This document shows, in pieces, positions 56,043 through 64,000 of a stretch of DNA of 64,000 nucleotides (its first letter is position 1; each line of letters begins with the position of its first letter). The DNA is from Pilosibacter sp. (lineage in GTDB: Bacteria > Bacillota > Clostridia > Lachnospirales > Lachnospiraceae). Location of the stretch: NCBI GenBank assembly GCA_045637605.1, contig JAZTZT010000153.1, positions 5,978 to 69,977 on the forward strand, given 5' to 3'. The notes below the pieces were generated by a model, which did not search any database, had not been told where the DNA came from, and saw nothing but the letters and a program-made list of their open reading frames with translations. The translations under genes and the position numbers were made by a program.

Positions 56043-56681
56043 ATGGGAAATAAATTTGATGATATGGAATTACAGCAGGAGATTCTTGATGAATTAGAAG
56101 CGGATGCTGCAGCAACAGAGGAAGCAGAAAATCAGGAAGATGACGGAATGCAGACAGAAGATATCTATCGAGTATATATGGAAGAACTTGCTGCAATTCA
56201 GCCGTGTACAGCTGCGGAAAATGAAGAACTTCTGGGAAAGGTGAAAGCAGGAGTGGCAGGAGCCAGAGAGCGTCTGATCGAAGGCAACCTGAGAAACGCG
56301 CTGATGCATGTACAGAGTTACATCAATCGCGGTGTGCCGATGGCAGACCTGATCCAGGAAGCCAGTATGGAACTTATGATGCTTGTAGATGATGCATTCG
56401 AGGGCAGTTTTGAGAAGCTTCTGGAAAGCAGGATCCGTGTACGCATGGAAGAGGTGATCAGTGAACAGACTTCTGCAAGCAATATTGAAGAAGAAGTGCT
56501 TGCGCGTGTAAATGTTCTTCAGGAGGTATCCAAAGACTTAGCAGAGCGTTTTGGACGTGAGCCAAAGTTGGAAGAGTTAGCAGAGTACATGAAGATGACC
56601 GAGGAAGAAGTTCGTGAGATCATGAAAGTGACCATGGATGCTCTGAGTCTCAGCGAAGCGAACCGGGCACTTCAAAGTTAA
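56043..56681 (+). CDS. Sigma-70 (SigA)-like protein truncated after region 3.0; region 4 absent and region 2.3/2.4 degenerate
   Basis: An acidic N-terminus, then DIYRVYMEELA (like region 1.2), LIEGNLRNALMHVQSYINRGVPMADLIQEASMEL (like region 2.1/2.2) and GREPKLEELAEYMKMTEEEVREIMKVTMDALSL (like region 3.0). The stop codon comes 9 codons later. Confidence 0.6.
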   Translation: MGNKFDDMELQQEILDELEADAAATEEAENQEDDGMQTEDIYRVYMEELAAIQPCTAAENEELLGKVKAGVAGARERLIEGNLRNALMHVQSYINRGVPMADLIQEASMELMMLVDDAFEGSFEKLLESRIRVRMEEVISEQTSASNIEEEVLARVNVLQEVSKDLAERFGREPKLEELAEYMKMTEEEVREIMKVTMDALSLSEANRALQS

Positions 56682-56831
56682 TGATATTGATTAGAACATA
56701 TTATAAATACGATTAAATATATTAATTTTACTAATCTAATTGCGCTGTGATAAGATGATATATGTAACAATTTGGTTTTTCAGTATCACTATAAATAAAT
56801 CAATGTGTAAAACACACAAGGAGGAAAACAC

Positions 56832-59800
56832 ATGAGCGTAAAGCGCGTATTTGTTGAAAAGAAGCCTGCATTTGCTGTTCAGGCGAAAGAACTCCGTTCT
56901 GAGATCGAAAGCTATCTTGGCATTTCCGGTGTTACAGGAGTTCGTGTACTGATCCGTTATGACGTTGAAAACATTTCCGAGGGTACTTATGGACAGGCTC
57001 TCGCTACTATTTTCTCTGAGCCGCCGGTAGACGAGGTGTTCGAAGGAACATTCCCGCACGAGGCGAACGACACAGTATTCTCCGTAGAGTATCTTCCGGG
57101 TCAGTTTGACCAGAGGGCGGACTCTGCTGAGCAGTGTGTAAAACTTTTAAATGAAACAGAAGAGCCGGTGATCAAATCTGCTACTACATATGTTATTTCC
57201 GGTGAATTAACAGCAGAGCAGGTTGCTGCGATCAAGTCCTTCTGTATCAACCCGGTAGATTCCCGTGAGGCTATGGAAGAGATTCCGGAGACACTTGTAA
57301 CAGTATTCGAGACTCCGGCTGATGTTGCGATCTTCGAGGGCTTTATTGGTATGAACGATGAAGAACTTGAGGCTCTTTACAAATCCTTAAATCTTGCTAT
57401 GACAATTAAGGATTTCCAGCACATCCACAATTATTATAAGAACGAAGAGCATCGTGATCCGTCTGTAACTGAGATCCGTGTTCTTGATACATACTGGTCT
57501 GACCACTGCCGTCATACTACATTCTCCACAGAGCTTAAGAACATCACTTTCACAGAAGGTGATTATAAGAAGCCGATTGAAGAGACATTCTTAAAATATC
57601 TTGCAGATCATCAGGAGATGTACAAAGGCAGAGATGACAAGTTCGTTTGTCTTATGGATCTGGCTTGCCTTGGTGCAAAGAAACTTCGCAAAGAAGGCAA
57701 AGTAGAAGATCTTGAAGTGTCTGAAGAGATCAATGCATGCTCCATTGTTGTTCCGGTTGAGATCGACGGAAAGACAGAGGAGTGGCTTGTAAACTTCAAG
57801 AACGAGACACACAATCACCCGACAGAGATCGAGCCGTTCGGCGGTGCTGCGACATGTCTCGGTGGTGCGATCCGCGATCCGCTTTCCGGTCGTACATATG
57901 TATACCAGGCTATGCGTATCACAGGTGCAGCGGATCCGACAAAATCCTTAAGTGAGACTATGAAGGGTAAACTTCCGCAGAGAAAGATCGTTACTGAGGC
58001 TGCTCACGGTTACAGCTCCTACGGTAACCAGATCGGTCTTGCGACAGGTTATGTAAAAGAGTTATATCATCCGGGCTACGTTGCTAAGAGAATGGAAGTT
58101 GGTGCTGTTATGGCAGCTGCTCCGAGAGCAAACGTAATCCGTGAGACATCTGATCCAGGCGATATCATCGTATTACTTGGCGGACGTACAGGCCGTGACG
58201 GTATCGGTGGTGCGACAGGTTCCTCCAAAGTTCATACAGAGGAATCCATCGAAGTTTGTGGTGCAGAGGTTCAGAAGGGTAATGCGCCGACAGAGCGTAA
58301 GATCCAGAGAATGTTCCGCAGACCGGAAGTTTCCAGATTAATTAAGAAGTGTAACGACTTTGGTGCAGGTGGTGTATCTGTAGCGATCGGTGAGCTTGCA
58401 GCTGGTCTGAACATTGACCTTGATAAAGTTCCGAAGAAATACGCAGGTCTTGACGGTACAGAGCTTGCTATTTCCGAGTCCCAGGAGCGTATGGCAGTTG
58501 TGCTTGACCCGAAGGATGTTGATGCATTCTTAGGTTATGCAGCAGAAGAGAACCTTGAGGCAGTTGCTGTTGCTGAGGTTACAGAGAGCCCGCGTCTTGT
58601 GATCAACTGGAGAGGCAAAACAATCGTAGACCTTAGCCGTGCATTCCTCGATACAAACGGTGCACATCAGGAAGCTGATGTTACTTTAGAGGTTCCGAAC
58701 CGTGAAGGCAGACCGTTTGATAAGAAAGAGATCGCTGATGTTAAGGAAACATGGATGAACATGTTAGGTTCCTTAAATGTATGTTCCCAGAAGGGTCTTG
58801 TTGAGCGTTTTGACGCTTCCATCGGTTCCGCAACTGTTATGATGCCGTACGGTGGTAAGTTCCAGCAGACAGAGATCCAGACAATGGTAGCAAAACTTCC
58901 GGTACTGGAAGGCAAATGTGATGCGGTAACTCTCATGAGCTATGGTTTCGATCCGTACCTTTCCAGCTGGAGCCCGTACCACGGCGCTGTTTACGCAGTA
59001 CTTTCTTCCATCGCGAAGATCGTTGCAGCAGGTGGTGACTATACTAAGATCCGTTTCTCCTTCCAGGAGTACTTCAAGAGAATGGCAAATGATCCGACAC
59101 GTTGGGGTCAGCCGTTCGCAGCACTTCTCGGTGCTTACGATGCTCAGCTTGGTTTCGGTCTTCCGTCCATCGGCGGTAAGGACAGTATGTCCGGAAGCTT
59201 CAAGGAGGAAGGCGGCGAGGAAGTAAACGTTCCGCCGACACTTGTTTCCTTCGCAGTAAACGTAGCAGATGCTAAGACAATGATCTCTCCGGAATTCAAG
59301 AAAGCCGGCAACAAGATCGTTGTATTCAATATTGAAAAAGACGGCTATGATCTTCCGAACTACGAGCAGATCATGGACGGTTATTCCAAGATTTTTGCTG
59401 ACATCGCAGCAGGCAAGATCGTTTCTGCTTATGCGGTTGAGGCAAACGGTGTAGCTGAGGCTGTTTCCAAGATGGCATTCGGTAACCACATGGGTGTTAA
59501 GATCGACAACATGTCTGCAGAAGATTTCTTTGCAGCTGGTTGGGGTAACATCGTTTGTGAAGTTCCGGCTGACAAAGTGGCAGAGCTTACAGCAGCTTGC
59601 ACAGTGATCGGTGAAGTGACTGATACAGCAGCATTCGAGTTTGGTGCAGCATCCATCACAATGGATGAAGCTCTTGCAACATGGAACGCAACTCTTGAGG
59701 ATGTATTCCCGACAGAGTCCGGCGTTGAGCAGGTTCCGGTAGAAAATGATGTTTACGAGGCTAAGAACATCGTGATCTGCAATCACAAGATCGCTACTCC

Positions 59801-60593
59801 AAACGTATTCATTCCGGTATTCCCGGGCACAAACTGTGAGTATGACAGTGCGAAAGCATTCACACGCGCAGGTGCTAATGTAACTACAAAGGTATTCCGC
59901 AACTTAAGCGCAGAAGATATCCGTGATTCTGTTGAGGTATTTAGAAAAGAGATCGCAAAAGCTCAGATCATCATGTTCCCGGGCGGATTCTCCGCTGGTG
60001 ATGAGCCGGACGGTTCCGCGAAGTTCTTCGCTACAGCATTCAGAAATGAAGTGCTGAAAGAAGAGATCGAGAAGATGTTAAATGAGCGCGATGGTCTTAT
60101 GCTCGGTATCTGTAACGGTTTCCAGGCTCTTATCAAACTTGGTCTTGTTCCGAACGGTACAATCTCTGAGCAGAAACCGGATTCTCCGACATTAACATAC
60201 AACAACATCGGTCGTCACATCTCTAAGATGGTGAACCTCAAAGTTGTTTCCAACAAGTCCCCGTGGCTTGCAGGTGCTGAACTCGGCGGCATTTACGTAA
60301 ACCCGGTATCCCATGGTGAGGGTCGTTTCGTTGCAAGCGAAGAATGGCTTAAGAAGCTGTTCGCAAATGGACAGGTTGCTACTCAGTATGTGGATGCAAA
60401 TGGCAATGCTACAATGGATGAGTACTGGAACCCGAACGGTTCTTACATGGCAATCGAAGGTATCACTAGCCCGGATGGCCGTATCTATGGTAAGATGGCT
60501 CACTCCGAGAGACGTGGTGATGCAGTTGCTAAGAACATCTACGGTGAGCAGGATCTCAAACTGTTCGAGAGCGGTGTGAAGTACTTCAAGTAA
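56832..60593 (+). CDS. purL: Phosphoribosylformylglycinamidine synthase (single-chain, 1253 aa)
   Basis: Full-length FGAM synthase: an AIR-synthase-like duplicated core (HNHPTEIEPFGGAATC, GGKDSMSG) plus a C-terminal glutamine amidotransferase domain (GICNGFQ, HGEGR). Confidence 0.97.
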   Translation: MSVKRVFVEKKPAFAVQAKELRSEIESYLGISGVTGVRVLIRYDVENISEGTYGQALATIFSEPPVDEVFEGTFPHEANDTVFSVEYLPGQFDQRADSAEQCVKLLNETEEPVIKSATTYVISGELTAEQVAAIKSFCINPVDSREAMEEIPETLVTVFETPADVAIFEGFIGMNDEELEALYKSLNLAMTIKDFQHIHNYYKNEEHRDPSVTEIRVLDTYWSDHCRHTTFSTELKNITFTEGDYKKPIEETFLKYLADHQEMYKGRDDKFVCLMDLACLGAKKLRKEGKVEDLEVSEEINACSIVVPVEIDGKTEEWLVNFKNETHNHPTEIEPFGGAATCLGGAIRDPLSGRTYVYQAMRITGAADPTKSLSETMKGKLPQRKIVTEAAHGYSSYGNQIGLATGYVKELYHPGYVAKRMEVGAVMAAAPRANVIRETSDPGDIIVLLGGRTGRDGIGGATGSSKVHTEESIEVCGAEVQKGNAPTERKIQRMFRRPEVSRLIKKCNDFGAGGVSVAIGELAAGLNIDLDKVPKKYAGLDGTELAISESQERMAVVLDPKDVDAFLGYAAEENLEAVAVAEVTESPRLVINWRGKTIVDLSRAFLDTNGAHQEADVTLEVPNREGRPFDKKEIADVKETWMNMLGSLNVCSQKGLVERFDASIGSATVMMPYGGKFQQTEIQTMVAKLPVLEGKCDAVTLMSYGFDPYLSSWSPYHGAVYAVLSSIAKIVAAGGDYTKIRFSFQEYFKRMANDPTRWGQPFAALLGAYDAQLGFGLPSIGGKDSMSGSFKEEGGEEVNVPPTLVSFAVNVADAKTMISPEFKKAGNKIVVFNIEKDGYDLPNYEQIMDGYSKIFADIAAGKIVSAYAVEANGVAEAVSKMAFGNHMGVKIDNMSAEDFFAAGWGNIVCEVPADKVAELTAACTVIGEVTDTAAFEFGAASITMDEALATWNATLEDVFPTESGVEQVPVENDVYEAKNIVICNHKIATPNVFIPVFPGTNCEYDSAKAFTRAGANVTTKVFRNLSAEDIRDSVEVFRKEIAKAQIIMFPGGFSAGDEPDGSAKFFATAFRNEVLKEEIEKMLNERDGLMLGICNGFQALIKLGLVPNGTISEQKPDSPTLTYNNIGRHISKMVNLKVVSNKSPWLAGAELGGIYVNPVSHGEGRFVASEEWLKKLFANGQVATQYVDANGNATMDEYWNPNGSYMAIEGITSPDGRIYGKMAHSERRGDAVAKNIYGEQDLKLFESGVKYFK

Positions 60594-60611
60594 TTTCAAA
60601 ATCAATAATTG

Positions 60612-60645
60612 GACCGGCATTCCTATTGGGGATGTCGGTCTTTTT
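60612..60645 (+). terminator. purL terminator
   Basis: Stem gaccggcat/atgtcggtc followed by TTTTT. Confidence 0.8.
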
Positions 60646-60889
60646 GGGAGTGAGGCTTGTTTTAAAAGCAGTTGTTTTTCTACTGTTTTGGAAGATAAAA
60701 GTATCAATGTGAAAAAATCAGTACTGTTGATACCGTAATTTTTATTTTGGGGTATCAGAAGCACTGATTTATTTCATATAGAGAAATTTTGCTCTAAAAA
60801 GCACAAGCTAGAGGTGGATTTTCGACTGGTTGGGTATCAAATTATAGTGAAATTCTGTATAGATACCAGATGCAGTATAATGGCTGGAA

Positions 60890-61669
60890 TTATAAGAAAT
60901 AATGCGAGCAAACCCAGGAAATTTCTTCATAACTCAGAGGATGCTCTTTCGTTTCATACGTTGTAATTAGCTGAATAGACGGAACTATTCCATATGTCGC
61001 ATAAAGCTGCAATTTGGAACATGTGTTTTTCGCATACATAGAATCATCCATCATACCAAAGTGCTCATAATAATATACCTTTTCTGTGTGAGGATGCAGA
61101 ATCGTGAAATCCGGGTAAAGTGTTATACCTCCAAGCGAAAGTGCACATTCGTAGCGGAAAGGAATCTGATTGGTGTGTAAAAAGAGAGCAATCATTGCCT
61201 CCGACTTAGAACGGACAAAAATACCATTACTAGTACGGTGAATTAAGTTTTCCGGATGGCTCATGTTTCTTTCATACGGAGTGTTCATCCATGCTTGTAA
61301 TTTTGCTGATTTTGGTGTGAAATAAGGAGAGAGTAACTCTTGATAGCCAGGATGGTTTGTCAATAAATCTTCGGCTTTCGTTGTTTCATTAGAATGATGT
61401 TTAAGATAAAATTCAAGGGCAGTCTTCTCTTTTTCCAACTCTGCCAGAGTAGTTGAAAGATACTTTTTGAATGCCAGTTGTTCGGCCAATTTCCGATTTG
61501 ATTTCGGGATATAAGATCGTTTGTGTTCAATCGTGTTATACCACTTATAACAATTGTTACCACGTGCACATGTCAATTTTCCATCTGGCAATAAAGTTAA
61601 TTTTTTATGAATTTTACTAATTTTGGATTGAAGAAGATGATATTCTTCAAGGATTTTTTGATAGATCAT
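60890..61669 (-). CDS. Hypothetical protein with a C-terminal restriction-endonuclease-like (E...PD...EH) pattern
   Basis: VRSKSEAMIALFL...YPDFTILHP...VYYYEHFGMM resembles TnsA-N / PD-(D/E)XK-type cores, but no catalytic Lys is obvious. The N-terminal half is basic and helical. The ATG follows GGAGGT. The gene and both flanks look A+T-rich. Confidence 0.5.
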   Translation of the reverse strand: MIYQKILEEYHLLQSKISKIHKKLTLLPDGKLTCARGNNCYKWYNTIEHKRSYIPKSNRKLAEQLAFKKYLSTTLAELEKEKTALEFYLKHHSNETTKAEDLLTNHPGYQELLSPYFTPKSAKLQAWMNTPYERNMSHPENLIHRTSNGIFVRSKSEAMIALFLHTNQIPFRYECALSLGGITLYPDFTILHPHTEKVYYYEHFGMMDDSMYAKNTCSKLQLYATYGIVPSIQLITTYETKEHPLSYEEISWVCSHYFL

Positions 61670-61686
61670 ACATACCTCCGTCTAGA

Positions 61687-61710
61687 AATAAAGAATTGAA
61701 TAAAGAATTG
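61687..61710. repeat. Perfect 12-bp tandem duplication in the leader of the 60890-61669 gene
   Basis: aataaagaattg appears twice in tandem, between the predicted -10 and the RBS on the minus strand. Confidence 0.9.
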
Positions 61711-61724
61711 TCTAATAGGGTTTT

Positions 61725-61753
61725 ATGATATTAAAGAAGATAAGCAATGTCAA
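61725..61753 (-). promoter_or_regulatory. Sigma-A-type promoter of the 60890-61669 gene
   Basis: On the minus strand: TTGACA, 17-nt spacer, TATCAT. Confidence 0.6.
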
Positions 61754-61904
61754 GAGGAACTAAGAAAAGTTGAATCCGTAATAAAAATAATAGCATTGAC
61801 AAAAGAATAACAAAACAATTCCTATTTCTTGTATCCTGAGGAAATATGCTTTACAATAGAGTAAACAATCAAAATGAATCTATCCGATAGTACAAGGAGA
61901 TTTT

Positions 61905-62177
61905 ATGGCGGAGGAAAGAAGGCGGATCGAATTCCGTGGCCGAGTTCAAGGCGTAGGATTTCGTTATCAAGCACAAAAGTACGCATCAGCCTATGGTTTA
62001 AATGGCTGGGTCAGGAATGAATATGATGGTTCTGTTACTGTGGAAGTTCAGGGAATCCCTGAAATGATCAATATGATGCTTAAACAGTTGACATCAGATC
62101 GATACATACAGATCGACTGGGTGGATTCGAAGAACATTCCGCTGGAGGAAGGACGTGGATTTCATGTGCGATATTAA
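61905..62177 (+). CDS. acyP: Acylphosphatase
   Basis: 90 aa with VQGVGFRY and GWVRN...DGSV motifs. Confidence 0.85.
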   Translation: MAEERRRIEFRGRVQGVGFRYQAQKYASAYGLNGWVRNEYDGSVTVEVQGIPEMINMMLKQLTSDRYIQIDWVDSKNIPLEEGRGFHVRY

Positions 62178-62919
62178 GAAGCGCGCAGCAGAAATATTTG
62201 GCAAGTGGGATGAAACAATATTATGCTCTTGTCTGCAGGGGGTAATGGGAGAAACATTCGTCTGCCAAGCTGCGGCTGCCGCGTGGCTTGGAGATTTTTG
62301 TTTGCTTGCGGGTGAAGCAGATTCCATCATGCTCGAAGAAGTCAGAAAGCGTATGAAAGAACGTGAACAAAAATATCTGATTCTTGTTCCGAAAGATGAA
62401 GCTTGGGCAGATGTGATCGAAAGCCACTTGAGTGGTCATGTAAAAAAGATCAGTCGGTATGCGATTAAAAAAGAGCCAGATATATTTGATAGAGAACGAT
62501 TGCAGATGGCTGAAGATGCAATACCGGAAGGTTATATTTTGGAAAAGATTGAAAAGAACGAATATGATGCTTGTCAGAAAGAAATATGGTGCAGGGATCT
62601 GGTTTCAAATTTTCAAACCTATGAACAATATGAAAAGATGGGACTGGGATTTGTTGCGGTAAAAGATGGTGAGATCGTTGCGGGAGCATCATCGTATTCG
62701 GTTTATCATGGTGGTCTGGAAATTGAGATTGATACCAGAATGGATCACAGACGAAGAGGATTGGCATACGCTTGTGGTGCGAAATTAATTTTAGAATGTT
62801 TGAACCGTGGAATTTATCCGAGTTGGGATGCTCACAATCTGGCTTCGGTATCTTTGGCGGAAAAACTGGGATACCACTTGGATTATGAATATTTAGCATA
62901 CGAATTAACGGTAGAATAA
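62164..62919 (+). CDS. GNAT-family N-acetyltransferase (two-domain, PF12746-like)
   Basis: C-terminal GNAT motif A (HRRRGLAYACGAKL). The start at 62155 or 62164 overlaps the acyP 3' end. Confidence 0.6.
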   Translation: MCDIKKRAAEIFGKWDETILCSCLQGVMGETFVCQAAAAAWLGDFCLLAGEADSIMLEEVRKRMKEREQKYLILVPKDEAWADVIESHLSGHVKKISRYAIKKEPDIFDRERLQMAEDAIPEGYILEKIEKNEYDACQKEIWCRDLVSNFQTYEQYEKMGLGFVAVKDGEIVAGASSYSVYHGGLEIEIDTRMDHRRRGLAYACGAKLILECLNRGIYPSWDAHNLASVSLAEKLGYHLDYEYLAYELTVE

Positions 62920-62949
62920 ATGTAATGCACATGAAAGGAGACTTAAATT

Positions 62950-63477
62950 ATGAAGAAAGTGTTAGTTGTTGTTGATATGCAGAAGGATTTTGTGGACGGA
63001 GCACTTGGTACAAAAGAAGCAGTTGCGATCGTTGATGCAGTCGTTGAGAAGGTAAAATCATTTGATGGTGAAGTGATTTTCACAAGAGATACTCATTTTG
63101 AAAATTATATGGAGACTCAGGAGGGAGCAAATCTTCCTGTTCTGCATTGTGTGAAAGATACAGACGGATGGGCGATCATTCCGGAGTTGAAGACTCTGTG
63201 TGAGGAAATAGGATGTAAATGCTACGATAAACCGACATTTGGCAGTACAGTACTCGCTGAGGATTTAAAGAAAGCGTATGATGCAGGCGATATCGAATCA
63301 GTGGAGTTAGTTGGTCTCTGTACGGATATCTGTGTGGTTTCTAATGCGCTGATGATCAAGGCATTTATGCCGGAACTTCCGGTATCTTTAGACTCTGCAT
63401 GTTGTGCAGGTGTAACCCCGGAGAAACACGAGGCTGCTCTGGAAACTATGAGAAGCTGTCAGATTCTGGTGAAATAG
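62950..63477 (+). CDS. pncA: Isochorismatase-family cysteine hydrolase (nicotinamidase-like)
   Basis: VVVDMQKDF (Asp) and LVGLCTDICV (catalytic Cys). Length is 175 aa. Confidence 0.75.
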   Translation: MKKVLVVVDMQKDFVDGALGTKEAVAIVDAVVEKVKSFDGEVIFTRDTHFENYMETQEGANLPVLHCVKDTDGWAIIPELKTLCEEIGCKCYDKPTFGSTVLAEDLKKAYDAGDIESVELVGLCTDICVVSNALMIKAFMPELPVSLDSACCAGVTPEKHEAALETMRSCQILVK

Positions 63478-63501
63478 AATTTAAGAAAGAAAATTTAGGA
63501 T

Positions 63502-64000
63502 ATGAAGGATAAAAGGATCTTAGAAACGGAGCGAATCTATCTGAGAGAAATAAAGGATGACGATTTCGATTCCCTCTGCTTGATCATGCAAGATGAAGAA
63601 ACTATGTATGCCTATGAAGGTGCATTTACAGATGAAGAAGTATATGCTTGGCTGGAACGTCAGAAAAACAGATATGTGAATGATGGTTTTGGACTATGGG
63701 CAGTATGCTTAAAAGAAAATGATGAGATGATCGGACAGTGTGGAATTACCATTCAAAATATTAACGGTATGCAAGGTCCGGAAATTGGCTATCTGTTCCG
63801 ACGTTCCTATTGGCATCAGGGATATGCTGCCGAAGCTGCCATTGGATGCAGAGAGTATGCATTTAAAGAGTTGAAACTTTCGGAAATTTGTTCTATTATA
63901 AGGGATACGAATCTTGCGTCACAAAATGTGGCAAAAAGAAATGGAATGACAGTGAAAGACCAGTTTGTGAAGCATTACCGAGGCGTAGATATGTTGCACT
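63502..64000 (+). CDS. GNAT-family N-acetyltransferase, RimJ/RimL-like (3' end lies outside the window; not in the ORF track)
   Basis: The ATG at 63502 opens a frame that stays open to the window end. ERIYLREIKDDD...GLWAV...IGYLFRRSYWHQGYAAEAA is typical of this family. Confidence 0.75.
   Translation, partial: MKDKRILETERIYLREIKDDDFDSLCLIMQDEETMYAYEGAFTDEEVYAWLERQKNRYVNDGFGLWAVCLKENDEMIGQCGITIQNINGMQGPEIGYLFRRSYWHQGYAAEAAIGCREYAFKELKLSEICSIIRDTNLASQNVAKRNGMTVKDQFVKHYRGVDMLH

Noticed and set aside
56682-56831. Purine or ZTP riboswitch upstream of purL
   Set aside because: No UAUAA...GAUAUGG...GUUUCUACC...CCGUAAA purine core and no ZTP 'GGGUCGUGACUGGCG...CCGGGCGCCUGGGC' core is visible. The region is simply A+T-rich.
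58773-59786. 337-aa minus-strand ORF inside purL
   Set aside because: It lies entirely antisense to a very confidently assigned gene. The translation is Cys/His-rich and low-complexity, typical of a shadow frame, and it has no RBS.
60192-60764. 190-aa minus-strand ORF spanning the purL 3' end and its terminator
   Set aside because: It overlaps about 400 nt of purL antisense and runs through the terminator hairpin. No RBS is visible.
1-64000. CRISPR arrays, IS elements, integrases, prophage modules, toxin-antitoxin pairs and known defence systems
   Set aside because: None of these was seen on either strand. No spaced direct-repeat arrays, transposase or recombinase motifs, or phage structural genes were recognisable by eye. 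A repeat finder or defence-system profile scan could still find things I cannot see.

Overview
This is a 64-kb stretch of a mid/low-GC Firmicutes chromosome. Gene content and order resemble a Lachnospiraceae-type Clostridia member, but that taxon call is inference only. I support about 66 tightly packed protein genes with GGAGG-type ribosome-binding sites, one tRNA-Trp, and a set of rho-independent terminators and sigma-A-type promoters.

The content is mostly housekeeping:
- K+ uptake genes (ktrB/ktrA-like), hslO and a cold-shock gene.
- A ruvA-ruvB-zapA-U32-ftsW/rodA-PBP2-S9 peptidase block.
- dapA and dapB.
- Two ABC importers.
- A GntR-mcsA-mcsB-clpC-orf-radA stress/repair block.
- ald, a nuclease-helicase fusion gene, purL, acyP and pncA-like.

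By eye I saw no CRISPR array, IS/transposase, integrase, prophage, toxin-antitoxin pair or recognisable defence system. I do not find a compelling new multi-gene system.

The observations most worth a second look are:
1. A SigA-like protein that stops after region 3.0, with no region 4 and a degenerate region 2.3/2.4 (56043-56681).
2. A beta-CASP metallo-beta-lactamase gene translationally coupled to an FbpABC-like ABC importer (38194-43200).
3. An mcsA-mcsB-clpC operon headed by a short GntR-type regulator instead of CtsR (43531-45600).
4. An A+T-rich one-gene islet between purL and acyP that encodes a nuclease-like orphan (60646-61904).
5. A promoter-to-terminator mini-unit upstream of dapAB (35409-35529).
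6. A perfect 9-bp inverted repeat with LexA-like half-sites between a DEDD-exonuclease gene and ruvAB (20033-20057).

All family calls come from motif recognition by eye, with no searches run. Coordinates of small elements were hand-counted and may be off by 1-2 nt.
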